A stretch of DNA of 64,000 bases. Source: Octopus sinensis (Eukaryota). The position numbers were made by a program, and so were the translations under genes. This document shows positions 12,926-26,018 of the stretch, piece after piece. Numbering within the stretch: position 1 is the first letter of the stretch; each line of letters begins with the position of its first letter. The DNA lies in assembly GCF_006345805.1 (NCBI RefSeq), contig NC_043019.1:30999360-31063359 (forward strand). Direction: 5' to 3'. The notes beneath the pieces were generated by a model. It did not search any database and was not told the DNA's origin. It saw nothing but the letters and a program-made list of their open reading frames with translations.

Positions 12926-14514
12926 CAGGGTTAAATTGTGGGTGTCATTTTGAGATGACATACCTAGGTAGCAGATGATGAGAGGGACAAGGGTTCAAGG
13001 ATTAAGCTTGTAATGTTTCTTTAAGAGGGCTGTCTTGTACTGTAAGTCATTTAAATACCTTTGAAATCTGAATAAGCTCCAGCCTCATGAACTTACATAA
13101 CTGGTATTACTCAGATATTTTTCTGATGCTACATGTGTAGACAATGACTACACTAAAGTTTGAATTTTCATGTAATTTATTAACCTACATCCTTATATTT
13201 ACATACCTACTACATTCAAAGCTTATTGGAACAATGTTTAACTAATGTCAGTACAACGAAAAATAAAAACATTCCCCATCTATTTCCTGGACCATGGTTT
13301 CAAGCTCTCTTCAGCAAATAGAGTAATTTGCTAGGTGAAGCTCTCATCAGCAGGAAAGCCAAAGATAAACATATAAGCACAAAGCAATACAGAACATGCC
13401 TTGTACTTACATGTTATAAGTTTTCAAATCCACCGCGCAAGCGCAGTTTTTTTTTTCGGCGGCAAATAGAAGTAATGCCGATTTTCTTCCAAAATTAGCC
13501 AAAAAATTATTATTAATAAATTTCAGGGTAATAAAAAATTATTTAGAAATATTTTACCACCAGTGGCCTAGCATGTAGAAAAACTAGTCAATAGACTATA
13601 TATTATTCATTATAAATACAGTGTACATTTCTCATGTGTTTAAATTGTACGCTATATTTGTGATGTATTTTAAATTCTTAAGATAATTTCACTGCAGTTT
13701 AACATGGACAAAAAATTCTCACTTATGGCAAAAGTGTGAACACACCATTATGAGCACAGTGGAATCCTCTATTGCATCCTTACATGAATTCCTGGTTTGT
13801 TTTGCTCTCCTCAGGGGTATACCAAAGAGAGAAAAAAACCCTGATCTGACTAAAAACCTATAACTTTATAATAAATCACTAAATACTAGTGTGTGTATTC
13901 TTTTATTCGTTCCAGTCATGCTGCAGCACTGTCTTTAGTTGAACAAATTGACCCCATGACTTATTCTTTGTAACCCTAGTACTTATTCTATCAGTCTCTT
14001 AGGCCAAACCGCTAAGTTATGGGGACATAAATACACCAGCATTGGTTGTCAAGTGATAGTAGGTATTATGCAACAAAATAGGTTATAGAACTAGATACTA
14101 ATAGATTTAAATTTAGGAATTTACAAAATTTCAATTAGATTATTTATTTATGATTAATCTGTCTTAAAAGCATTTTATTTTAAAAGTGTTAGAAGTTATA
14201 AAAATTTTCAATTGTTATTTTTCATGACATATTTAAGAAGATATGTCTATCTGATGAAACCTCATTATATTTAAATGATATTTTATTATTCTTGAAAACT
14301 CCTAATATCACGGCAAATTGTTTTATAACTCAAAAACATGCAAATAATTTATACTATCATATTTAATAATAAATAAACTACTTACATGTCTAAGTTAATG
14401 GAAAATGCTAGAAATTCATCCAAAATAATGCAGAATTTGAGCTACATCATCAGGTTAAATAAAGTCTTGTTATAAGTACTACCAGATTACTTGTATCCAT
14501 GTATTGTGACTTAA

Positions 14515-14548
<34 letters not shown>

Positions 14549-14717
14549 CATATATAATTACATATAATATATACTTATATATATATAAAGACACACGGAC
14601 ACTTAATTACATATAAATATATATATTTATTCTCACTGAAATGTAGATGTTCTGTTGGAACAAACTATACTGTGGCTTGTGTGCATATATATATGTATGT
14701 GTGTATATATATGTATT

Positions 14718-14766
<49 letters not shown>

Positions 14767-14882
14767 GTATATATATATGTGTATATATATATATATACAC
14801 ATAAATACATACAACCATAATATATATTTATAGATACATACATACAAAATATATACATATATATTTGCATATATATATGTAC

Positions 14883-14953
<71 letters not shown>

Positions 14954-15025
14954 GTGACCTCCTGTGTACCGTTGGCGATTTTTTTCCCTCTGTCTTCCCT
15001 TCTCTGGATCTTTCTCTTCTCCTAT

Positions 15026-15060
15026 GTTTCCGACGAAGAGCTTCGCTCGAAACATTAAAC
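15026..15060 (+). ncRNA. Minimal type I HHR fold, degenerate (U4C; ACGT to ACAT)
   Basis: GTTT-CCGACGA-A-GAGC-TTC-GCTC-GAAAC-AT-T-AAAC. Confidence 0.6.
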
Positions 15061-15161
15061 CCTCCTTCTTTCCTTCTTTCCTGAGCGTCCAATAATACTA
15101 TATTTGTTCCACGTCCTCGTGTTGTTGTGTTTTTTTGTGCTTTCATGTTTGGATTAATTTT

Positions 15162-15206
<45 letters not shown>

Positions 15207-15484
15207 TATATGCATACACTAATAATGTATCTATTCATTCTTAACACGTTGCGGTAGATTTAAATACAGAGAACTATGGCTATTTCTTAAAAGAAACAAA
15301 TCTAGTCCCATTCACACACACACACACATACACACACAATTGATACAAGCACTCACTAAATATATATTCATCACATATATATTTGTACAAACATAAAACA
15401 GATTTAGTTTTCTTTCATTGAGATTCTACAACAATAATACCCTCAAAACAGTTTCCAGTGTAATGCAATTATTTCTGGTTGCAG

Positions 15485-15622
15485 ATACTACTCAATATAA
15501 TTACCCTATTATAATTTCGAAATGGATAGAAATAACGCTATTTACAAAAGATTTATGGCTTGAAGTTCTGAATAGCCAAACATTATACGAAGAACTCTAC
15601 ATGAAAGGCTTTAAAAATCAAA
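15485..15622 (+). CDS. Candidate internal exon (138 nt, phase 1-1); peptide loosely SEA-domain-like
   Basis: Acceptor TTTCTGGTTGCAG; open frame DTTQYNYPIIISKWIEITLFTKDLWLEVLNSQTLYEELYMKGFKNQ; weak donor GTATTG. The domain resemblance is by eye only. Confidence 0.25.
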
Positions 15623-15948
15623 GTATTGGAAACAATTGCAGAGACACCATATAGAATATCCAGGATATTTTCATTCATACACAGGCATATATATATATAT
15701 AATATGAGGGAATAAACACTCCCTATTATATATATATACATATATATACATACATATATGTATATATGTTTACATTTATGTGTATATAAATATGTTTATA
15801 TGTGTATATGTATGTATGCATATATATTTGTATATATGTATGTATATATATGTGTATATGCATATATATATATATATACACATGCATATATATATAAATA
15901 CATATATGATTATTATTGTTATTATTATCATTATCATTATTATTATTA

Positions 15949-15999
<51 letters not shown>

Positions 16000-16609
16000 C
16001 ATTATTATTGTAACTGTACTCATGATTTGGTACACAAAAGGTATTGAAATATTCCATAACCAGTTATTTTCTTTCGTTATATGTTATAATTCAATTCCAT
16101 ATTTACAGTCTCACTTATTGCACCTAAAATTCATCTGATCAATACACCTGCCTCCTTTTTGATGACTGTGCATGCCTATAAGTGGTTGGTTGAGCTGCTA
16201 GAAATAGCAGCTAATCAAATTTCTTTCAAAATTGCATCTTTCATCTTCAAAAAAAAACAGTATTGATTTGATCATGTGTTGGTACAACATTAATTTTCAG
16301 GAACTTATGGTTCCAAAGCCTTCTCAGATTACTGATTCTTCCAAACCAAGCGTGGCCACCTTAGTCACTGCACTCCAAACGAAGCAAATAATGATATCAA
16401 ATTTTGGCATTAGGCCAGCAACTTAGGGAGACACATAAGTTGATTACATTGATCCCAGTATCCAACTGGTACTTGTTTCATTGACCCTGATAAGAGGAAA
16501 GGCAAAATTGTCCTCAGCTGAATTTGAACCCAGAATGAACCCAGACAGACGAAATGTTGCCAAGCATTTTGTCCAGTGTGCTAACAATTCTGCCAACTTG
16601 CTGCCTTAC

Positions 16610-16610
16610 C

Positions 16611-16667
<57 letters not shown>

Positions 16668-16671
16668 TAAC

Positions 16672-16768
<97 letters not shown>

Positions 16769-16860
16769 GTAATAATAATAATAAATAATAATAATAATGA
16801 TGATGATAATAATAACAACAACAATAATAATAATAGTAATAATAATAATAATAATAATGT
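16610..16860. repeat. (AAT)n microsatellite
   Basis: Directly visible. Confidence 0.97.
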
Positions 16861-17244
16861 CACTGTTTATGACATTGCAGGGTAAATGTGAGAGGCCAGA
16901 TCTTGCTAGTTTGACCATAAAACAGGTAGAATATTTCGACTGGGTATGGTCTCTTTAAATACTAAAGGATTATGTCAATGACTGTGAATCTGACAAACAA
17001 TATTTTACGGAGATGTACTCGCATAGCAAGTAATTTGATCTGAGATCGTGTGCTGAAACGAAAACAATTGCAGCGTGGAAGGTGTTTATAAGTCATTTAA
17101 GAAACACACAAAAGCCGTTTGATTCACTTCAACATTTTTGTTTAGCATTTAAAAGCATTCCATTGGCTACGACCATGTGTTGTTGAGAGACTGTGTAGAA
17201 ATTTCCATTCAAATCATGTGAGCATTTGAATGCACCTATAGAAT

Positions 17245-17689
17245 TTTTTCTACTCTAAGCACAAGGCCCGAAATTTTTGAGGGAGGGGACCAGTCAATTA
17301 GATCGACCCCAGTATGCAACTGGTACTTAATTTATCAACCCCGAAAGGATAAACGGCAAAGTCGACCTCAGCAGAATTTGAACTCGGAATAAAAAGACAG
17401 ATGAAATACCATAAGCATTTTGTCTGGCGTGCTAACTTTCTTCCAGCTCGCTGCCTTGAATCACAAAGCATATTCTTTTCTACTGTAGGCACAAGGCCTG
17501 TAATTTTGGGGGAGGGGGGCCAGTCGATTAGATCAACCCCACTATGCAACTGGTACTTAATTTATCAACCCCAAAATGATGAAAGGCAAAGTTGACCTCG
17601 GCGGAATTTGAACTCAGAACGTAGCGACAGACGAAATACTGCTGAGCATTTCGCCTGGCGTGCTAACGTTTCTGCCAGCTCACCCCTTT
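17245..17689 (-). mobile_element. Head-to-tail pair of family B SINEs inside a single 16 bp TSD
   Basis: AATGCACCTATAGAAT at 17229-17244 and 17690-17705. Confidence 0.85.
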
Positions 17690-18291
17690 AATGCACCTAT
17701 AGAATGATTGGCTGAAATGTAGGCTGAAGTCACCTGATATGTTGTGGCCTTCATCCATTAGAGGGCTAACTCAGTTTCAAATGCTAAGTACTGCTGCAAA
17801 TGCTTCATCAACAACTGGAATTACTGTGTGGTTAATTGGCTTTTGTATTAATTGTGGTTATTATATTAATTGGATTCATTGTATTTATTAATTGTATTTA
17901 TTAATTGTATTTTTTGTGTAGCTACACACGAGAAAATGTCAGAAAGACAGGACAGTTATTCCTCTACAATTTTTTGTAAATTCTTAAATATATCTCCTTC
18001 TGTGTATGTATATACTACCAAACAAACATGATTTTTATTGAACTCAAAATACTTTTTGGAGTCCCGTTCTGATTACTTTCTAAAATACTTTCTTGTAAAC
18101 TGTTTTTAACATTTTCGTATCATTAGCAAAAACTGTATAACTGTATTTTAATACTTTTGTGATAACCAGTACTTAACATAACAAAGCTCATACAAAGCTT
18201 TACATTTTACTTTTGACAATCTTTTTCTAAAAAAGTGAAACTGGTCAAGTCAATAAACATCTCTAAAAGTCCATTGCATTTTCAAACCTTC

Positions 18292-18329
<38 letters not shown>

Positions 18330-18720
18330 CATACCAATTAAGGACTGACACGAAAAGTGGACAGTCAACATGCTAGATATAGACGTCAAATCGCCATTCT
18401 CCACAAAAAGTCTATGTTCTCAGATCAAACTCAACACAAAACCAAAGCAATAAACAAGTGAAAAATATACGAAATAAATATTTACCCATGTACTAAATTA
18501 GTTTCGGTTGTTATTTTCCGCAAGGAAAGTACAACCATCATCAGCATGGTCCCATATAAAATGCAATTTGCTATACTAAATGCCAACACGATACCGAATA
18601 TCGCGTGCATGGAGTACGGCCTATTACATTTGAATATATATTTCAAATGTCTCTACTTTTGGCGCGATGAGACCCGAGAAAACTAGCCTGCAGCTAATAG
18701 TTAGCAGCAGATTATAATTA
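18330..18720 (-). mobile_element. CpG-rich HHR-bearing element end (PLE-like terminal repeat) between (TA)n tracts
   Basis: Contains an intact HHR; flanked by (TA)n; no RT or endonuclease ORF visible. Confidence 0.55.
18486..18549 (-). ncRNA. Type I hammerhead ribozyme, intact core
   Basis: Minus strand reads CCATG-CTGATGA-T-GGTTGT-AC-TTTCC-TTGC-GGAAA-ATA-ACAACC-GAAA-CTA-ATT-TAGT-A-CATGG; predicted GUA cleavage between 18491 and 18490. Confidence 0.85.
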
Positions 18721-18734
18721 TATATATATACATA

Positions 18735-18881
18735 TATTAAAATTATACTTTAGGGTTTCTAAGAGATACCTCCACACTGGAAATAGCAGCCAAAACTTGA
18801 CTCTAAAACCACATTTAGTGTTTTGGCTGCTATTTCCAGCGTGGCCGCATCTCTTAGATACCCTAAATTATAATTTTAATA
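18735..18881. repeat. Fold-back (MITE-like) element, ~62 bp arms
   Basis: ...CTGGAAATAGCAGCCAAAAC / GTTTTGGCTGCTATTTCCAG... with outer TATTAAAATTATA / TATAATTTTAATA. Confidence 0.85.
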
Positions 18882-18975
18882 ATAATTATTACCTTTGAAG
18901 GTTTTTATTCCCATGCTGGCCACTTGATAAGATCGATAATTAAATTGATGATCTTATCCTTATTTATATATATAT

Positions 18976-19064
<89 letters not shown>

Positions 19065-20181
19065 GATAGATATATAGAGAAATACAAAAGAAATACACCA
19101 ATAGTATGGTATTTATATGTTTTAAGGTTAATAATTTGGGTAAGTTCATGGTGTCAGCATTTTGCTAAAGTATTTTTTCTCTTAAGATTTATCAGTTGCC
19201 TCTGTTTAAAGTGAGTGATGTTCACAAGTCACCTACATACTAATGATAATATAATAGAAAATATAATGGACGGTTTTAAGACATTGAATAGCTATGAGGG
19301 TCCCATCCCCTGAGTAAAATAGGATTCAAAATGGGGCAGTTGGGTGGGTTGACTGTATAAGCATCTTTTGATTTCCATCTACTAAATCTATTCACAAAGC
19401 TTTGGCCAGCCTGGAGCTAGAGTACAAGATACTTGTCCAAGGAGTCACACAGTGGGATAGAACCCAGAGCCATGTGGTTGGCAAGCAAATTTCTTATCAC
19501 ATAACCTCTTATGTACCTATATACTAAATCATATCAGTTTTTTTTTTTATTATTGATTTTTGAACTTTTAGAAAAAAATTATTAAAAACAAAAAATGGTT
19601 ATTTTTCTCAGTTTTGTTTTTTATGTAGTTTTTTTTTTTATCACTACTAATTTCAAGTCTTGCTAGTATTTTCCCATTATGTCAACTCCAAAGGATCCTC
19701 GACAAGCTGATGTCGATTTTGGCCTTTGTTGCAAACATTCTGTCATAAATATTTCATCAACATTTTCTCTCTTTATACATTTATGCATTTTTTATAAAAA
19801 AAAAAAGTTTTTTTTCATCTCATGAAATTTACTATAAATTCACTTTACTTTGGTTTATGGTGAAAATTAATTAATTGAATTTCCAAAACAAAAATTCTCA
19901 CTCTCATACATTCAGGCACACATACTCTGAGACAGATAGACAGTCACACACCCAAAACTACCTTTCTCTCTCTCTCTCACACACACATTCACACACCATA
20001 GACATACTGGTTTTTCCTTCTTTTGGCCTATATCTATCCATTTTATCACATTCAAAACAGTTAGCGGTCATGGTGACCTTTGGGATCCAAAACAATTGTC
20101 AGCTTTGAACTTGGTAAACAGGCTATTAATTTTGGTTCCATATGTTTTTTTCAGTATTTTTAGCTTCCATAACATTTTCAG

Positions 20182-20547
20182 GTTTCCAGCAGCCAATCAC
20201 TGGTTCACTTCATTTATGAGCATGAGGGTATCAAGGAATTGTTTATGCAACTCGGGCAGAACAAATATAACAAAAGACTTCACTCAAAAACAAAGGTTTA
20301 TTTACTTATCTTGCTTATGTTTAAATCTTTCCAATATACATTACCAAAAGACATACAGCATATATGTACAGATGCAAGCATGGCTGTTTGGCTGTAAAGC
20401 TTGCTCTCCAACCATATGGTCATAGGTTCATTTCCACTGCATGGCACCTTGGGTAAGTGTCTTTTATAGTCTTGGGTTGAGCAAAGCCTTGTGAGTTAAT
20501 ATGGTAGAAAGAAACTAAAAGAAGCCAGTCATATATATATATAGATC

Positions 20548-20578
<31 letters not shown>

Positions 20579-21594
20579 TATATATATATATTTTGCCATG
20601 ATAGATCGGTAGCCACTACACACATTTTTTTCTCTCCTTGTTTCTTTCCGTGCTCCTTTCTGTGGAAGAGCATAGGCTCGAAACGTTAAAGATTTTTTCA
20701 ATTCCTGAGTGTTATACTAATACATCTGTTTGTTTTCTACACCACCTGTCTTTGTCTTTTGTTTTTTTCATGAATACTCCCTATATATATATATATATAT
20801 ATATCAGAGGCGACTCCAGGTCATCAGCATCACTTGGACACATCACAGATTTCTAGCCCCAGATGGCTTATTTCTTTTATATCTAGCACTATGTGTTTCT
20901 CTATTTCTAAGTCAAGAGTAAAAATAAAGCAACCCTGCAACACATAACTGATCTTTACACACAGATGCACAGAGTAAGAGCAATCAAATAACAACAGCTG
21001 AGTCCACAACAAACATCAGCAATCTGACTGTTGCCTGTCCTCTTGACAAGAGATGCCAGTTAGTTTTTTACACCTACCAGGCTCATTCGTATTAGCCCAA
21101 GTTGGTGGGTAATTTTTCCTTCCTTTAACCCTTTACCATTCAGATTGTTCTGCCAAATGTAAAGCTTATGTATTCACGCCATGTAAAATTAATCTTGCAT
21201 CATTTCATGGCTTTGAGATTTCAATGATGTGATTGTTTATTTTTAAAATGACACAATAAGGTAGCTATGAATGACTATATCTGACTAGTTTGAACACAAA
21301 ACAGGTAGAATATTTTGGCCGGATATGGCCGGTTTAAACACTAAAGGGTTAAGAATATTGTAGAATGGAAACCTTTCATTGATTGGAATTTAAATCCTAA
21401 TCTCTATAGAAACTTATTGTTTCAAAGAAACATTGAATTTGAATTACTTTTAATTTTTACAATTTTAGATAACAACTTGAGCTGTAACTTCTGAGCCTGA
21501 ATCAGGTGGGTATGAATGATGTTGAGTGAACATCTGCTACAACTGATATTTTTTGACACAGGGCACCTCTAGGACGACCACCAGATGCTGGGTG
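20182..21594 (+). CDS. Candidate three-exon chain (20182-20227, 20965-21058, 21562-21594)
   Basis: AG/GT boundaries are phase-compatible and give VSSSQSLVHFIYEHE-D-AQSKSNQITTAESTTNISNLTVACPLDKRC-Q-APLGRPPDAG*; no homology recognised. Confidence 0.2.
20656..20691 (+). ncRNA. Minimal type I HHR fold with U at core position 6
   Basis: CTTT-CTGTGGA-A-GAGC-ATAG-GCTC-GAAACGT-T-AAAG. Confidence 0.65.
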
Positions 21595-21740
21595 AAAATA
21601 AATGAACTGCAGGCTCAGTAGAAGGAGTCTGAGTTATTGGCTGCAATTACATACTTGAAGTCAGTGTTGGCAGAAATTAAATCAGCTTGCAAATACACTT
21701 TCACTTTACTAAATTTATACTTGGGCTGAGTCACCACTGT

Positions 21741-21772
<32 letters not shown>

Positions 21773-22647
21773 ATAAATATATATATACAGCAAGGAAGAG
21801 AGATGTTAAATGATGGTGCTGAAGATGATGATATACACATTAAGAAAAAAAGGTAGTCAGGATTTGGATGAAAACTATTTATTTAGCATTTTCGTCCCAT
21901 TCTGGGATTTATCATGAATGATTTCTTATAGAATTTATACCTTTTATACATGTGTGTGTTTGTGTGTGTGAGTTAGATGGAAAAAAATCTGGAGTTGAAT
22001 TTGTTTTGTTAGGTTTTTGGCTGGAAAGAGGTTGTTTTTACTTACACACACACATGTATACATATATGTGTGTGTGTGTGCTTGTGTGAAACCTTTTCTA
22101 AAACTGTGATGGTTGCAAACAAGCATCATCATCATCATCATCATCATCTTCATAAAAAAAAGCAATATTGTTTGTTTCCAGTCTTATGTGTAAAACATGT
22201 CTCTAGCTATGGGAAAATATTACCTTGTTTGGAACCAGGTGAATGTTGGTGACAGGAAGGACATCCAGCTGTAGAAAAATCTGTCTCAACAAATGCCATC
22301 TGACCCATGCAGGCATAGAAAAGTGGACGTGAAATATTGATGGTGACAGGAAAAGCATCTAACCGTAAAAACTCTGTCCCAAAACACATTCAGCTCATTC
22401 AAGTATGAAGAATTCCAAAATCAAAGATCAAGAGTAGAAATACACTGGAGATTGTTTACAAGATAAACATAACTGTAAAACAAATATAGTTTTTATTAGT
22501 TTATAGATTATTTTTAAAATTTTACAAATCTTTTATTATTTTATGGAAGTAATGCTTTAGGAATTTTGTTTCTGCTTTTACTATCACGTGTAACTCCTCT
22601 GATACCAAATAGTTTAAAACTATAAAAACATAGAAATATTTCAAAAT

Positions 22648-23385
22648 AGGAAACAAGTCCATTAGAAAATCTCTGTTTAAGATAGAAGCCATATATGAAC
22701 CCAAAAGTATTGCTTATGGTCACTTTAATATGGTTGTCCTCTAAGAGATGAAGACACTGCCATTTAACCCCAGGAAGACATTTCCTTCAGCTGGTTTATT
22801 CAGCGGGTTTCTCACACCCAATATTTATTACAAGGAGGAGCTAACTCCTGCCACCCTAGCTTCCTGACCAGTAGACCATGTAGTTTTGATCTGTTTTGGT
22901 TATCCTCAGTGGTAGGTACTTATTGCCAGGCATGGCAGCAATTTACTTTACTTGCAATATATAGAAAACACAGTGTCGTCCAGTCACTGATTTTGTAACA
23001 AGGAAACTAGTCTGTAAGAAAATCTCTGTTTGAGATGGAAGCATTATACGAATTAAAACATATTGCTTTTGGCCACTTTAATGTGACCGTCCTCTAAGAG
23101 ATGATGACACTACCATTTAACCCCAAGAAGACATCTCCTCCAGCTGGTTTATTCACTGTGCTTCTTGTACCCGATATTTATTGTAAGCAGGAGATAACAG
23201 ATCAAAACCACATGGTCTGGTGATCTTGAAGCCAGGATGGCAGGAGTTAACTCTTGCTTGTAATAAATATTGGGTGCAAGAAGTACTTGGCATAAACCAG
23301 TTGGAGGAAATGTCTTCCTGGGGTTAAATGGCTGTATCGTTGGCTCTTAGAGGACAGCCACATTAAAGTTGCCATTAAAGTGACT
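22648..23385. repeat. Two direct copies plus one inverted copy of an unnamed ~200-250 bp repeat
   Basis: Core CACTTTAAT..G..GTCCTCTAAGAG..CCATTTAACCCCA.GAAGACAT at about 22720 (+), 23070 (+) and 23300-23380 (-); a fourth copy at 26517-26718. Confidence 0.85.
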
Positions 23386-23545
23386 GGAATATTTTGTGAA
23401 ATACTTTATTTAGATCTTGGTCTTGATTCATAATACTAAACATAGCTTCTTCTTAGCTTGTTTTGCAGTCATATTGTCTTGGATTCTGTTCCACTGCTTG
23501 GAGACTTTGGTAAGTGTCTCCCAAGCCAAGCAATGCTTTCTGTTA

Positions 23546-23582
<37 letters not shown>

Positions 23583-23671
23583 GGAAAGTTTATGAAAATA
23601 AACAAAAGACAAAGGTAGGTGAAGTACAAACAAACAAATGTATTAGTATAGCACTCAGGAATAGAAAAAGT

Positions 23672-23707
23672 CTTTTATATTTTGAGCCTACGCTCTTCGA
23701 CAGAAAG
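23672..23707 (-). ncRNA. CpG-decayed copy of the 20656 HHR family
   Basis: Minus strand reads CTTT-CTGTCGA-A-GAGC-GTAG-GCTC-AAAATAT-A-AAAG. Confidence 0.5.
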
Positions 23708-24766
23708 ATACACGGAAAAAAAAACAAGGGGAGAAAAAAATGCGTGTAGGAGCATATATATATACATATATGTGTTATGTATATGTATGTATGCATATAT
23801 ATATATACATATATGTGTTACGTATATATATGTATATGTATGTATGTATATATATATACGTATATGTGATATGTATATATATATATATATTTAAATATAT
23901 ATACATACATACATATATGTGTGTGTGTGTCTAACTGTGGAGGAGACCTGTGGAAGAGGCTGATGCCAGTGTTACATAACTGGCACCCATGCTGGTGGGA
24001 CATAAGAGCACTTATGCTGTTGGCACATAAAAAGCACCTATTAAACACTTGGAGTGGTTGGCATTATGGAGGGCATCCAGTTGTAGAGACTGAGCCAAAT
24101 CAGACTGGAGCCTGGTGCAGCCCTCCAGCCTACCAGTTCCAGTCAAACCATTCAACCCATGCCAGCGTGGAAAGCAGATGTTAAATGATGGTGATGATGA
24201 TGATGATGCAGTATGTGTGTGTGTGTGTGCTTGTGTGTGTGTGCCTCTGTGTATGTGTGTGTGTATGTGGGCGTGTATGTATGTGCATGTGGCTCTGCAT
24301 GTGTGTGTGCATTGCTGGTGTGTGTGCGCATGTGTGTGTGTTTATGCATGCATGTGTGTGTGTGTGTGTATCTGTATATGTGTTTGTATGTGCATGTGCC
24401 GAAGCATGTGTGTGTGCCTCTGTGTGTGTTTGTGTGTGTATGTTTGTGTGTGTATGTTTGTGTATGTATGTTTGTGTGTTTATGTTTGTGCTGTGCCTCT
24501 TCCCTATCACCACTTTACAAGTGATGTTGGTTTGATTACATCCCTCTAAACAAAACCGATATTCAAAAGAGATCAACAGAAGATGTACCAAACTTAAAAA
24601 ATAAGTAGCAGGGTCAATTTCTTCAACTAAAACTCTTCATGGTGTTGCCCCAGTATGGCCACAACCCAGTCTCTGAAGCAAGGAAAAGATAACACACAAA
24701 AGAGTGTATGTGATGTCAAGCAATTAAAGACAAACATAAAGAGATGGAATCATTCTATATTAGTTA

Positions 24767-25160
24767 GGTGCAGGAGTGGCTGTGTGGTAAGTAGCTTGCT
24801 AACCAACCACATGGTTCCGGGTTCAGTCCCACTGCGTGGCATCTTGGGCAAGTGTCTTCTGCTATAGCCCCGGGCCGACCAATGCCTTGTGAGTGGATTT
24901 GGTAGACAGAAACTGAAAGAAGCCTGTCGTATATATGTACATATATATGTGTGTGTGTATGTGTCTGTTTGTCTGTGTTTGTCCCCCTAGCATTGCTTGA
25001 CAACCAATGCTGGTGTGTTTACGTCCCTGTCACTTAGCAGTTCGGCAAAAGAGAACGATAGAATAAGTACCGGGCTTACAAAGAATAAGTCCTGGGGTCG
25101 ATTTGCTTGACTAAAGGCGGTGCTCCAGTATGGCCACAGAGTAAAAGAGTAAAAGAGTAA
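24767..25160 (+). mobile_element. SINE family A, full-length copy
   Basis: Near-consensus head, microsatellite and tail. Confidence 0.92.
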
Positions 25161-25606
25161 ACCATATCTACTTGAAAAAAAAATGCTTCACAATAAATTT
25201 ATAAATATTTATACACACTTACTAACATAATCGATTATAAATATGTAAATATATGTACAAATAAATTGATTACCGAATTAATAATAATATAGAATAATTA
25301 GGTGCCAATTTAAATAAAGCATAATAGATTATAGTAAGTTGGTAATAGCTCTTAAATAAATACATTCTGTGAAAGATGCAGATAGCAGTGGAAGCATCAT
25401 CACCATTCACCGATAAATTCAAAGAGCAACTGTTTTTTTATATTCCTCATGCATATTCTAAATGTTGCAATGTATAGACATATATTCATATTAACATATT
25501 CCTATATATTAACAAGCAGTTTATATTTATGCAGCTTTACATGCAACACACATACACACACACATATGTATATATATATGTGTATATATATATATATATA
25601 ATATAT

Positions 25607-26018
25607 AGGCGCAGGAGTGGCTGTTTGGTAAGTATCTTCCTAACCAACCACATGGTTCCGGGTTCAGTCCCACTGCGTGGCATCTTGGGCACGTGTTTCT
25701 GCTATAGCCCGGGCGACCATGCCTTGTGAGTGGATTTGGTAGACGGAAACTGAAAGAAGCCTGCGTATATATGTATATATATATAAGTTGTGTGAATATG
25801 TTGTGTGTCTGTGTTTGTTCCCCTAGCATTGCTTGACAATCGATGCTGGTGTGTTTACGTCCCCGTACTTAGCGGTTCGGCAAATAGACCGATAGAATAA
25901 GTACTGGGCTTACAAAGAATAAGTCCCGGGGTCGATTTGCTCGACTAAAGGCAGTGCTCCAGCATGGCCGCAGTCAAATGACTGAAACAAGTAAAAAGAG
26001 TAAAAGAGTAAAAGAGTA
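25607..26018 (+). mobile_element. SINE family A, full-length copy; inverted 3' half follows at 26085-26330
   Basis: Near-consensus sequence. Confidence 0.92.

Noticed and set aside
18485-18612. Minus-strand ORF MHAIFGIVLAFSIANC... resembling a signal-peptide first exon with a GT donor
   Set aside because: It overlaps the hammerhead fold inside a (TA)n-flanked CpG-rich segment; a repeat origin explains the sequence better.
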